From assembly GCF_000150275.1 (NCBI RefSeq), contig NW_002060983.1, positions 108,353-172,352 of the forward strand: a stretch of 64,000 nucleotides of DNA, written 5' to 3'. The DNA comes from Trichoplax adhaerens (taxonomy: Eukaryota; Animalia; Placozoa). The position numbers and the translations under genes are program-made. Below the pieces are notes generated by a model. That model searched no databases, was not told the origin of the DNA, and saw only the letters and a list, made by a program, of their open reading frames with translations. The number at the start of each line of letters is the position of its first letter. The first letter of the stretch is position 1. Below, in pieces: positions 13,620-26,551 of the stretch.

Positions 13620-14260
13620 AATATATTAAGAGCTCGCAATAACCCTTACTTGCAACAAAGGTTAAGAATGGGCTTTCGAATCTACACTGCTGTAAATTGG
13701 AATGGCAATCAGTTAATATTCTTATGTAGATGCAATCAAGATTTTGGACAACGAGGCCTCCAATCGCTCTAGTAAATCACAATCTACTATATTTTCGATG
13801 TTGCCGAAGCTTATAAAGGTTTACATAAATTAACTGGTTTAACTATTCGAATCGCCTCATAGTTTAAAAATTAATCAAATAAATGATCTAACTAGTCGCC
13901 ATTTGAACAAGTTTAACAGATTCAAATGCTATCACATTTACTGTGCTGTATCTACATTAAATTGATTAATTTCTAACAGAAGTTTTTAACCAATATACCA
14001 ATATATTGAGCTATCCTATATAGATATTTCATCAAAGCTTGAAAACTAAACTTTCAATTTTATTACCAATTGAAGTAAGAGATAACAGATACTTTTGGTT
14101 ATGGCAATTAGCATTTACTATTTCAGTTTCTTTAATTCTAAATTAAGTGCTGCTAACGTATTAACTATACTGTACCACAAAAGTAGTTAAGAAGACCGTG
14201 AACATTACATGCATCTAATCATAGATCAAGTGTAAAATAGAAATAATGTTTACATCACGA
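13620..14260. repeat. Old dispersed repeat, family E, copy 1 (probably a decayed LTR)
   Basis: Colinear with ~47025-47635 over ~630 bp (shared blocks GAGCT..CCCT.ACTTGCAACAA, GGTTTAACTA, GCTATCCTA..AGATATTTC, TAATTCTAAATTAAG, AGACCGT); ends not resolved. Confidence 0.65.
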
Positions 14261-14299
14261 TAATTGACTCTAGATAGACTATTTAATACTTTAATGTAG

Positions 14300-16250
14300 T
14301 TTTCACGCCAAAACTCAAACGTAGATGTTAAAATGGTTCTGCGATTTCCATCCAGTACAAGCGTAAGTATAGTATCATAACTAGCTAGCGCTAACAGTTA
14401 CACTCTAATAGAAAAATCACTAGAGTATACGAGTATGAGAAAGTATGCATTTCGATTTTTATCAAAAGAAACTTGTATTTATACTTTAGTTGCATATTAG
14501 CACTAAAACAGATGCAGAATTAAGCTTTGAAAAATTCTGTAATATAAAGATGGAACTAAGTTATCATTTGACCTTCCACTAAATTGCAAACTATTGCCGA
14601 AGTCCGATATGCAAAGAGACTAAGATCAATATTACCCGATTATAAGCAAATTCATTGAATTGTACCTTAGGTATTACGTAGGTTAATGCCGTGAGCAATA
14701 TTCGCCGTGGACTTTCTTCCTATAAATAGAAAAAGAAACTATGGAGAACTAATAAGAAATCATCAGATTTATAGATCTAAAAGTACTGTTTACCCTTCAA
14801 TATTTAGTTTACGTAAATAACAATACCTACTCTCTGAACCTTACTTCCTCACAAGGTCTGTTATCGTTATTTCTAATCTTTTTGGTTGCTGGTGATTACA
14901 TTTCAATCTAAACTTTATAGCCCACTAATAAGCTGCTTTATACCAAGGTTTATTATATGCTATGATCTAACAAAAAACGATAGCTCTAGCATTTGCAAAA
15001 ATTTTCAAGCCGGTGCAACAGGCCAAAGTATATCCCTAGCCTGGAATATCCCCGGGTTTAATCTATGTTACACCGGCACTTATTTTTTGCATCTAGATTT
15101 TGTTCAATAAATGTTTGCAAAATATGAATGAGGCATATTGTAAATATTTCAGCATAGCATTAGGCAGCTGTATTTACCCTTTTTATATCTAGTATGCATT
15201 CTCAAAATCAGTTTGCTAAGAGCTAGTATGGCTTTAAATAAATCTTCTCAATTATCTCTCCCCAGACTGTCTTACTTAAATTCGAACAATTTCGTTATAC
15301 TAAAATTTCGTCTGTAAAATTTTAAAAGGATTAGAATTTATCGGCTAATGGTAAATCTTGTAAGCAGTATCGTAACCATCTAGGAATTTGATATTTTTAC
15401 AATTACTGGAAAACTTAACACCTACTAAGAGCAATTTTATATTTAGAAGAGAACCTCATCAAATTCTAATTGCATCATATTGTAACGCTGATTCGAATTT
15501 ATGTTACAGGAATAGGTACACAACTATCAATGAAAAGTGCCATAATGTAGATCCAGTCCTTGATAAGACTGTGCTGAAGGCTAAACTTTGCCTGCATTGC
15601 GCATATTATTGCGAAGATCTTTTGTATAAAATCAGTTAATGTTTACTTATAGCCGCTATTATAAATCGTTTTGCTTGTAGCTCAGCTTATTAAGCGATAA
15701 AATTCAAACTTGTGCATAGATATATAAAAATATAAACTAGGAAAGTCTCTTTGTAGAACTTTCAGTTTTCTAATTTATCGACAAATAAGGTTTATTGTAC
15801 GCTGAGTTTAAAGTAATCCAACGTGAACACTTTATTATTATTAAAAGTTGACAGTCATGCCTTAGAGACAGGTTAAAGTCTCACTGACAAAGTTCAAAGC
15901 AGTATTTGATTAAGAAATGCCCTTATTTGGTTTAATATATGCTTTGACATGTAAGGCACTTTTTATTTTGAAGTTGGGCATACCTTCGACAAAACTGCTT
16001 CTTACAAAAATGAAATTTAAATGATTAACTTCAGAATTACGAATCTTTCTTCAGGGTTGTTTAGTCGCTAGCTATAGCAATGAGAACTAGAGTATTTACT
16101 TTACACATTTAGTGAGCCTTGCAAAGAGGATATTTACGTTATCTCAAAATGAAATTAACATTCAGATGGCTTTTAACAAATAAGTGCCCATATAAAATAC
16201 TGCCAACTAAACTTTCTTACGAAGAGTTACTGATTATTAACCCTTTAAAT
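14300..16250 (-). pseudogene. Decayed Mag-like Gypsy gag-PR-RT-RNase H fossil (Gypsy relic 1)
   Basis: Minus-strand motifs in Gypsy order: gag *ESLVGSI...CKAH*; zinc knuckle CP...KKCLTC...GHFLIKYC (15980-15899); protease D(T)GST (~15555) and LDGYD; RT EIIEKI, YQLP, KI*MQKISAGVT*IKPG, YFGLLHRLENFCK, KLNIE; RNase H FSKLNSASVL, AS*L...YA, FNIYV. Confidence 0.8.
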
Positions 16251-16259
16251 ACGTGTATG

Positions 16260-16822
16260 TGTGATAAAATCCATTCACGAAAATTCCAAAGTTGTAGAAA
16301 ATTTGAACTTTATTAGATCTAATACAAAGACTGGCTACACACAGCTCTATTCTAGCCGAATAAAACTATTCAAGGACTTCTAGAAAGAACGAACTGAATA
16401 GTCTAAAGTTGCCAGCTTATATTCATTTCGTAGCAGTCATAGCCACAATCAGCATAGCAATATTCTATCTTAATTTACATATAGTCAAATTATTATTAGT
16501 GACAACATTTTACAGCCAACCATCATTAATCCGATATGTAAACAACTACGGTAATTCCATCGATATTATTCTTAGCAGTCAAAGTACGCTAAACTAAGCA
16601 TATCTTAATATATGAATTACAGTTCTATTTTTACTTCTAGCCTTAATAGTAAATCAACACCTTACTATATATAGCCATGTGCACTATAGCGTCGAATCTA
16701 CCATAACAATCTATGGTAGCGAGCTACTAAATACGTCTTAAGATAAATATAAAAAGTTATGCTTCCGTACATCTTACTAACATCGCTAAAAGTCTACAAT
16801 AACAATACTAAGTTTCGTTACA
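16260..16822 (-). mobile_element. Solo LTR, divergent family B copy (563 bp), inserted in the gag region of Gypsy relic 1
   Basis: TGTGATA...GTTACA on the plus strand; TSD GTATG/GTATC; colinear with 23634-24185. Strand assigned from the TATA/AATAAA order in family B. Confidence 0.85.
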
Positions 16823-17899
16823 GTATCATACCTTTACGGTTAGATTGTGCAAGTATTAATGCGTCATGAATTCTTGTGGAATTTCTTAATGTTAGGACTG
16901 TTTCTTCTATATTTGGTTAAATTTCTGAACTGCTAATACGTTTATTAAAACTTTGTTGTGTTTTCCACTAATATATTCACTTATTGCAATCAAGTAATTC
17001 TAAGTAATCCTAAAAGTTAGATCACCTGTACTAATCAGCTTGCTAGTTAAAAACATTTCAAGTAAGGAAATTAAGCGTCAGGTTTTAGAGATTCGAGAAA
17101 GTAGACATCTATAAGTAATGGAATAGTTTTAGTCATAAAACCTCCATTAGAGATCGCTTTGGTATCCAAAATTATCTTATAATGATAAAGCTTATTCTCT
17201 AATCACATAGTACTTCAGGTATTAAATCCTATTTCTATGTGACAAAATTAATATCTCAGTGATTTTGAATAAAAGATTCATCAACGAATTACAAATTATC
17301 ATCAAAAAAAAAATAACAGTGGCTGCTATAGTCTAATGCGCTATACATTTGTAATTGTTACCGGAACACAATTATAGAAAATATTTAATTTTCTAACAAA
17401 AGTCTCGAGTTTTAAAAGATTGCATTAATATTTAATTGATTTCCTGAACAAAGGACAGAAATTCAAGTTAAAGATTAATAGATTCTTGCGTACACTACAA
17501 ATGGACTAATCAAAATGTAACAAACAAAACCTGATCTACATACTCTAGGCTACGTTTAGATCATGCAAATCGAATGTTATAAATTGAAGATTTTTTTTAT
17601 TGATTATCCATCAATTTGAAATACTACGTAATAATATTACAAGCTTTGGTCCAATTATAGAATTTTCGTACAACTACACCAAATCTTAGAACCCCAGGAT
17701 TATGAACAAGCTCTAAGTGCAACATCTACGAAAATAGTGCTGCTGCTTTAAATAATATCTAGTAATTCTTGTGCAACAACTAAATCTCTTAAATTTATGG
17801 GAATTAGTCAGCAAACGAAATTCTATGATTTATATTACCTCTTATAAAGCTAAAATCAACATGATAAAATAATCAAAAACGTTACTGACATATTAACTA

Positions 17900-18750
17900 A
17901 CGTGCATATCCATATCCACCAATTATTGTCAACAATCCCTACATTTGATAATACATACCGCGTTTTAGTTGAGATATATTTTACTTCTGTGAAATGTATG
18001 GAAATCATTAACTAATTTAATAGATTTATAGCACCAAAATATTAGTTTTCATGATTTATCTGCTTTACTTTTTTAATTAATTTTTCAGCAACTTTTACCG
18101 AAGTTCTTATAAGTATTCGATGCAAAAGCATATTTTTTATCATTAGAGTAAAACTACAATTAATGCTCTCACAAAATCACACATTTAAAATTTCAATGTA
18201 ACAGTAGAGGAAAACTTTCATCCCATGTGAATTTATTAATGACAAAATAATAATGCATCAAATTATTAATAAGGGCTCTTTGAAGACTTTGTTATTATAC
18301 ATTGCGGGAATTAATGTCCTTTAGTTTGCAACGGTTCATAAACTTTATTTCCTTAAAGGTAAGTGAGGTATATGGATAGACTAGTAACGTATCCTTTAAA
18401 ATTAGAAGCAATAGCATTCGATTTATAAAAATGGATTAGCGTTACGATAACATTTAAATACTCTCAGATACATACTATAATGTCATATTTAAAGTTTACT
18501 GGATTGATATTAATTCCATCCTGTATCCGCAATTATTATTCTTTACCTCAAAAATTTTCTAGTTATTAGCAGTGCTGTGCTTGCCAACATCCATGCAGTT
18601 GGAATCTGTTGTCAGTACTGTACCCATTAAATTAATTGCCATTCTTCAACAATCCATCTAAATATTTTATATATTGTTGTATTATTAGACAGGTGTTATT
18701 TACTCTATGATAATCAATTCTTAAAGAAGATCTGTACAGATCAAATTAAT
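17900..18750 (-). pseudogene. Decayed non-LTR retrotransposon (LINE, possibly R4/RLE-type) reverse transcriptase fossil
   Basis: Minus-strand motifs in order: IPTAWMLASTALLI (18605-18565; like PxW...TxLIPK), YR, KGY, YNNKVF, HGMKVFPLLL (~18225; like QGDxLSPLLF), ISIHFTEVKY (~18000; like IGMxFGxDKC), YQM*GL (~17945; like YKYLG). Confidence 0.55.
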
Positions 18751-20404
18751 TAGAACACTCTTTATACAGATCATATGCTTATTAGTAGTCATCAAAAATT
18801 TTGGTACAGTTCTTTTAAATCTAAAGCAAATATTATGTTTTATCCTCTTCCATAATTTCCTATATGTCAACGTGCGAATAGGATTGGATAGGGACTTTCC
18901 AAGCATTAAATGAAAAATAAGAACTGTCAAAAATAATTAATGCATACATTAACGATGTCATTTATTCCCAAGTCTCATTCTTACAAAATTTTATGAATCT
19001 TTAACTAAGGTTATAAGGTCAGTAAATTTAATGTGTGAGCTTCAGCCCTGAGATTCGATTTACACACACTTGCATTGATCAATTTCTTAATTTTATGTTA
19101 TAAACATTTACAGTATTACCTCTTAGTTCTGCAAGTATGCTACTAAGATATTCAATTGCTTAATGAATTGCTATTTCAATAGTATTAAAATTTTCGAATT
19201 ATCCGATTTTATTGCCCTATAAGTATAAATTTTTGTAATTCTGCTAAATACCAAACTATAACATAATGTTCATATACAAATTTTATTGTTAAAGAACTTA
19301 AAACGCATTAAGCAATCACCATTTTGACTTTAAAAAAGCAACTATTTTCATCTGGTTAAAATTCGGTAAAGAGATCCTATCAAAGTGGTCAGCGTTTATT
19401 CCAATTTCTAAATTCTGTCAATACTCAACTCTTTATCTAGCAAGAAATCATTGAATATTTAGCAAGAACCAAAAAATTAAATTAATAGTACCTAATCAAT
19501 TACCTTTACGATGCTAATTGGTGATATCGGTTGAACTGTCATATACTTTACCCATTTATCATGACCTTCGCTCAAAAAAATCAACAAAGATGTGATTGCA
19601 TAGTAAAATATAATAGATGTCAACGTTATAATTAATCAATTATCAACCGAAATACTTATCGGTGATGAATAATCCTGCATCATATATAAATTTCTGAATG
19701 TCCTTTAATTAAGGGCAGTAGTCTTTTATTCCTAAATAATGAAGTATTGCATAGGATTAGGGTACACTTATTTTAATATTAAGGCAGTACATTTTAGAAA
19801 TTCATAAATTTTGGAGATTTATAACACCGCGTGTAGCACAAATAGTTTAAGAACATTAAGAATAGGTGTAACCTTCAATATCAAAACCTAGCATAGTTGG
19901 TTTATCAAATTCTTATGGATCTTATAATTTTAGAACAATCTATTATTCATAATTCCAATTCTATATCAGCATTTAAATAAATGAAATTACTTCTTAGGAG
20001 TATAATAAACGATCAAATTAGGTATGATTACGTCAGAAATAAGCATATCTAACCAATTGATTGACTTATAAATATTTGTTGTTATTCTTGATTTTTAATT
20101 CAAGAAGTTTATCGCTTGATATATTATTGGTTATCTTAATGCCCTGCATCAGCTTGTGTTATATGTACAAATTAAAATCATCTACCAATTGAATATCATT
20201 CTAGAGACAAAAGAGAAAGAAAGGAAATTACTGATCTATGATGTGGGTAAACAGAATAAGACAATTAAAACTAAACTATTACCTTTCTACAAAATCAAAT
20301 GTGAATATGCTCACAATAACCTTATTTATCTGTATTTTAAAGATGAATATATCCAAAACTAAAAAGAATACCTATTGTCTTAAAGGTTTACACGATCTGG
20401 TTTA

Positions 20405-20586
20405 CAATTAAACAGTAGATATGATATTAGTGCATATTTAATATAGAGAAATATTCAATATCAATTATACTGTAGATATGATATTACATATTTAATTGAG
20501 AGTTATATTCAATATCACTTATACAGTAGATATGATATTACATATTTAATAGAGAGTTATATTCAATATCAATTATATAGATATTA
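20405..20586. repeat. Minisatellite, ~54-bp unit, ~3.3 copies
   Basis: Units start at 20405, 20462, 20516 and 20570; consensus CAATTATACAGTAGATATGATATTACATATTTAATAGAGAGTTATATTCAATAT. Confidence 0.9.
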
Positions 20587-20790
20587 AGTGGTCTTTTTAT
20601 ACTATTGATGATGATAGGCTAATCATAACCAATATTCTATTCCCGCTGATACCATACAATTGATCTTACATATAAATTACTAGCTTATATGGAAACTTTC
20701 ACATAAATTCTAATCCATTGACTTGATTAATTGAACAGGGTAACTGGTTCCGATGTAAGTGCACTCTCGATGTAGCATATCAAAACGACG

Positions 20791-21783
20791 ATGACAGCTA
20801 TATTCAATAACAGTCGATCTCATGAGACATTAAACTACATTAAAATTGAAACCATCGTTTTATCATGTATATGGATGCCAATCTTTATTATTGGATTTTT
20901 AGGAAATATATTAGTCTGCGTGACGGTTTATAAAACTAAAAAGATGCACATATTCGTGTATTACTTACTAACAAGTATGGCTATTTCCGACGCTATGAGC
21001 TGTATCTTTTGTGCGTTATACTTAGTTTTTCAGTTTTGTTATATTTATCTCGATCTTTTGGTATCGACCAAAAGCCTGCTGTGTCAAATAGATAAATTAA
21101 TGATTTATACCTCATACTATACATCTACTCATACACTCACTGTAATTAGTCTAGAGCGTTACTACGCTATCGTTAGAAATCGGGTTGTATTAAAGAAAAA
21201 TCGACTTGGCTTTGCAATAATAGGATTAACTTGGATTTTAGGATTTGCTATAACTATTCCTATGGTCTATGTTGTTGGTGTTACCCCTCAATCGCCTTAC
21301 TTGTGTGATTATGTCTATATTGCTACCACAAACTCGAAGATATATATTACAGCATTAACAATGATCGAAGTTGTTATTCCATTTACAATTATTACGTATT
21401 TTTATTCTACCATCATACGTTACGTGAAATCTAGGCTAAATTCAATTTCTTCCTTTGCTAGTATTGATAAATCAAGCGATAGAAATAAGCGAGATGCCAT
21501 ACGTATGCTTACAATAGTAACTGTTATATTTATTGTATTCTCATTCTTTCTACATTGCACCAAAATGGTCATGGCATTTTCTGGAACTGTTATGATTTCG
21601 ACATATGAAAGTGGTCTTCCTAATTTTTATATTTATGGCGATGGCTTAGCGGTACTATTAAATGTTATCAATCCTTTTATATACTCTGTCTGTAACAAAA
21701 GCTTTCGCCAGTCAATGCTTCAAACCATTAAAAGGAAAAGAAGAAAAATCATGCAATTTCCAGTAAAAAATCCCAAATTTTAA
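20791..21783 (+). CDS. Class A GPCR, orphan (GPCR2), 330 aa; paralog of GPCR3/4
   Basis: GFLGN, SMAISD, C3.25, SYYTSTHTL..SLERY, TM4 W, ECL2 PYLCDY, EVVIP, NPFIY, helix 8 KSFR. Confidence 0.96.
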   Translation: MTAIFNNSRSHETLNYIKIETIVLSCIWMPIFIIGFLGNILVCVTVYKTKKMHIFVYYLLTSMAISDAMSCIFCALYLVFQFCYIYLDLLVSTKSLLCQIDKLMIYTSYYTSTHTLTVISLERYYAIVRNRVVLKKNRLGFAIIGLTWILGFAITIPMVYVVGVTPQSPYLCDYVYIATTNSKIYITALTMIEVVIPFTIITYFYSTIIRYVKSRLNSISSFASIDKSSDRNKRDAIRMLTIVTVIFIVFSFFLHCTKMVMAFSGTVMISTYESGLPNFYIYGDGLAVLLNVINPFIYSVCNKSFRQSMLQTIKRKRRKIMQFPVKNPKF

Positions 21784-23633
21784 ATTATAATTTACTGAAA
21801 TTTCCCGTCATTTCATTCCGCTGATATCATTAAAAATCTAGTTGTAATAACATTTTTGGTTGTAATAACAGTAACAGTTTCATGAAATATTTTAAGAAAT
21901 GAAAAATATACTTTTTTAATATACATATTTGAAACCATCTATGTAGTATCGATTGATAATCTCTACTTCGGAGGATATTAGAATATGTCAGTTTAATGGC
22001 AATCTAGCATCGTTTATTATTATTGACTACAAGCAGATGTAAGCCTTTTTTGATTGTCCAAATTTTTTTTATATGCTGCCTAGTTAGATTCAAAAAGCTT
22101 CCATAAATTCAGAACATCAACTAAGAGTGATTACAGAATTCAAATAATTTATAGTAATAATTTCCAGACCTCAAGGATGTGACTATTATTGCCTATTTGG
22201 ATTGAAAAAATTAAATGCAAAACCTGTGGAAAATAAGTTTGGTTTATTTAAAGTAATTCTTTCTGCTGATAGCCATTAATATTCAAAATTGATCCTGAAT
22301 ATGGCTATCTTACTATTTTGATTATAGCCTACACGATTCGGATTAAGCGTTCGTTTGCAGTGAATCAAGCTTTATTAACAAACGAAGTACCAAACTACTA
22401 TTTTATTTTTAAAATTATATTGCTTATCTTCTTTTAGAATTACAGTTGAATTATCTACTATGAATGTATGACAATGATATTTATTCGAAAAAGATAATTC
22501 GATTCAATATACATTTACTTATAATAATAAGAATAAAGCGAAACTGAAACTTAAACTCACGCAACCCCAGATAATATCTTCGTAGGTTCGTAATTTATTC
22601 TTGTTATACTAAATATAAAAGCACTTGCAAGGTGCTAGAAAGTTCCAAAAGTTTTTAATAACAGCGATACCTTTATTATTTTTGTGTGATTAAGTATGTA
22701 TATTAAATATCATTAACGGCCATTACCCCTTACTCGAAAACTTATGATGAAATTAAATTTTTGTCCAAATAGTAAGAGCGCATGACATCTTAAATATAAA
22801 ACGATTCGATCTTGAATTAGAAAAGATAGATTAAGTCGTAGGCAATCATTCCTAGCAACGTACAAACGTTTTCAAACAGTATTTTAATATGAATCCTAAC
22901 AAAGTTATAGGTCTACATTTACAAAATGACACGCTTAATGAAATTTCATCTGAAGTAAATCTAACAACGTAAGATATTACTATTAAAATTGTACTGACAG
23001 TTAGACATTAAAGGGATTCGGAATAAGTTTAATAGCCGCAGTGTATTGGATATAAAGTCGCTGAGGTTCACGTTGTCAAAATTGTATGAATATTTTATGA
23101 AGCTTAAAATATAAGGGATTATTGAAAAAAAGTTCAGAATAGCTTCTATCAGCTTTCAGAAACAATGATATTCTATCTGTAAAATAAAAGTGGATACTTT
23201 TAAAATAATGTTATATATCCTAGCTACTTTAAATCAATTTGTCAATGTGAATGAAATGGCAGTTAAAGGCTAGATTATTCGAAAACGTTAATTATTGCGG
23301 AATAATGTCATAATATTCAATTTTATGACGTCAAACTTTATAACCTTCCCACAATATAATCTTATTGAACGCTATCGAAACAAAGGCTACTTCCGTAATT
23401 TCCAGTATTTCTACTATCTCAAATAATTCTATAATTAATTAAAAAAGTAGGCAGTTTAAATATAGAATTATATTATTTAATTAACGGAGTCGTGGTATTG
23501 TCTAAGGCTATAACTAAGCATCCTTATGTTAATGTTGTTTGACGATTTCAAAACTTCCATAAAAATTGTAGACTATCTGCAGTGAAAACAAAATGATTTA
23601 CATTTAGCTTTATTTTAATAATTTACGACATGG

Positions 23634-24185
23634 TGTGATATATACCAATCACGAAATTTCAAATTTTAGAAAAATAAGGGCTTTATTCAATCTTATACAA
23701 AGATCAACTACACACAGCTCTACTTTAGCCGAATACTACTTCTAAAGACTTCTACAACGAACTAACAGTACAATCTAAAGTTGTATGCTTTTATACTTTT
23801 CGTAGCATTCTCAGCTACAATCCGCATAGCAACCTTTTACCTTATTTTACACATAGTTAAATTATTCTTAGTAAGACTATTCTACTGCGGACCATCATTA
23901 ATCCAAAATGGATATGACTACAGTACTTACGTAGACATTATTCACACCAGCCAAAGTACAATGAATTAACCATTTCCTAATATATTATTTACAGTTCTAT
24001 TTCTACCTATAGCCTTATTAGTAACTCAACAGCTTACTGTATATAGTCATCTGTACTCTAGCATAGAGTCTCTACCACTACAGTCTATAGTTTTAGCTAC
24101 CAAATATCTCTTAGGATAAATATCTACCGTACATTATACTACGCATGGCTAACAGTCTACAATCACAATACTAAGTTACATTACA
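23634..24185 (-). mobile_element. Solo LTR, family B (552 bp), nested in the BEL fossil
   Basis: TGTGATA...ATTACA on the plus strand; perfect TSD CATGG; near-identical to the 32847, 48213 and 55858 copies. Confidence 0.93.
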
Positions 24186-26109
24186 CATGGGCATTAGGAA
24201 AATACTAAATGAGTATTCCGCGTGCATTTCTACTGTTCATAAATTTCAAATCTCTAGCCAACTAAAATGCTAGAGATTTAACCATTCTGATGATCTTAAG
24301 TATTTAGAAAATAAATACTACACGATCATAAAGCTTAAATGTATAATAAGATCGCCCTCATTTTTTGTCGGTTAACAGCACAACATTCTGGTATACTAGG
24401 GATATAAAAATATTTTAGAAGCTAACTTAGATTAAATCAATTATCTCATAATTTCTATACCATCTTTTAATATTTTTCCTCTAGAATTACATCAAATTAA
24501 AATTAGTACCGTAGCCTAAATTCATTGACTAGTTGATAAAACCATGTTTCAAGTATGGCTCAACATAAGAAAATGTAATTTTATATCGTGAGCTCGTTTA
24601 TTTTCATCTATTTCGTTTTTAACGAATGGATAGCAGAAATCAATGAAAACGTTTAATTGATTTCATTAGTAATATCTGCCTTTCATTTATTCATCAAAAC
24701 TTATATATGATTCCCAACAAAGAATGACTTATCAACTCAATTCAAATATCATGTTAAAAATGTTGGTATTTCATGAGACAATTTAATTGAATGCGACTTC
24801 CGTTTTTCAGTTCACAACTTACCAATTAATGCTCTGACCATTACCTTAAATCTTACGCTTTAGCATAATTAGTACAAAAGTATATCTTACTGAAATAGCT
24901 TGCGTTATTAGGCTAGGTCTAAGTTTATGTCATAAGTAATACGAGTTTTAGTTTTAGTACATCATGCACTCCAGTTGACCGTATCATCATGTACCTACTA
25001 ATTTATTAGACATCCGTACAACTTAATATCAGCATCAATATGACTTAGCGCCACTTCCCTACACTTACTTTTCTAATTAACAATTTAGCTTGTCACATAG
25101 TAAAAGGATAAGTTTTTGTATCATAGAATCGAAGATGATAAGATAACATTGTTTCTAGGAGAAATTTTAGAAAAAAATATTAGCTCTACTTTATAAAGTC
25201 AAGGATTATCTAAACTGTTAAGTTCATCCTAAAATAAATCTGCAGCCACCATGGTGTGCTCTACTACCTATTTTACTCGATGTTACTGTTTAAGTTAATT
25301 TAATAATTAAAACAGATTTGTAGTAGCTAATATCGCTAAGTCTGTAATAGCTATGCTCCATATAACAATTGATGTTATATTGTAATTGTAATTTCTGATC
25401 AATCTTTATTATTTAGGTATTGGATGTAATTATGTGTAGAAACTAGTAAGATGATAGACTCTTATTTTGTAATAGTTAAATCAGACATCAATCTAGCTGA
25501 AACCAAGATTATGCAGGTAATCCAGATTATAAAAGCATACATATAGAATAATTATGTTAGGAATAATGTAGTTGAAGAAACACGTCCTTGTAAAGGAAAA
25601 TAAGTAAACTACAGCTGCTTACAAGTAAGAAGATTTCTGTATAAAGGAAACAATTCGAATAGTAAAAAGGGTAAATAAAAAAGATTATTTCATTAGTTCG
25701 GGTTGCATATAGAGCGTGGGAGGTAAATGCAATATTTAAGCAATCACTTTAGTTACAAGCATTTATTTTGTGATTATTTATCACAGAAGTTAATTTATGA
25801 CACATGTGTTCTATACATTAGGTCTCGTATCTGAATACGCGAATTAAGCTTAGGGGATTTCCTGTAACAGAATGAGTTTAAATGTGATCATTTGCTCACT
25901 AGAAATGTAGTTTAATTACTTTATTAGGTATACTACAGCTGGTCAATCAATACTATAGTGTGATTATTACATCTCAATAGTGTTCAATTTCTTAGTAACG
26001 TACTGTATGCTAGAAATCGAAGAAAACTGCTAACAGACTTCAAATACTTATTTTATCTGTTAATCGATATTTAAGACTATACCATAAAAATACATTTGCG
26101 AAATAGGTC

Positions 26110-26551
26110 TGTCACGGTACGAACTACCGTGAAGAAATAGCCATCTAAATTTGGTTATTATAATATAGTAATAATATATTACAACTAGTTACTTACAGTA
26201 AGAATTACTCTAATTATAAATGTGTTACAGTAAATTTAATGTTGTGCTGTAATGTGCACTGAAATGATTCTGTGAATGGACATATTGTAGTCCGACTGTG
26301 AAAAATTAGTTAGTAGATGTTCTCACCTAAGTATTTTTATAAGATGACTCATGATTGTTAGCTGCTGTAAAAGAGTAGATAAACCCGTCAGATAGTTGAA
26401 TAAAATAGTTCTCAATTGTCTAGTTGAGTTTAACGTAGAAGCAAAGGCGTCTGAATTCTTGTTAGGTAGTTAAGGGATACTGAATCCCGGAGACTATAGT
26501 AATTTATAGATTTGTTTTACGTTATTCTTGTCACGAAGCTGGTTTGTGACA
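26110..26551 (+). mobile_element. Solo LTR, family C (442 bp), nested in the BEL fossil
   Basis: TGTCAC...GTGACA ends; perfect TSD AGGTC; near-identical to 43155-43589. Confidence 0.93.

Noticed and set aside
16409-16597. 62-aa hydrophobic ORF repeated at 16409, 23781, 48428 and 56074 (possible small membrane protein family)
   Set aside because: It lies wholly inside family B LTRs, antisense to the LTR promoter, begins at TTG rather than ATG, and has an in-frame TGA in the 32847 copy. LTR homology explains the repetition.
20405-20586. Possible CRISPR array
   Set aside because: The units are contiguous tandem copies with no unique spacers, there are no cas genes, and the locus is eukaryotic.
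25280-25869. Further decayed LTR candidates here and at ~7850-8220, ~29165-29560 and ~41770-41980
   Set aside because: Only short shared words or TATA-like motifs were found; no ends or TSDs could be established.
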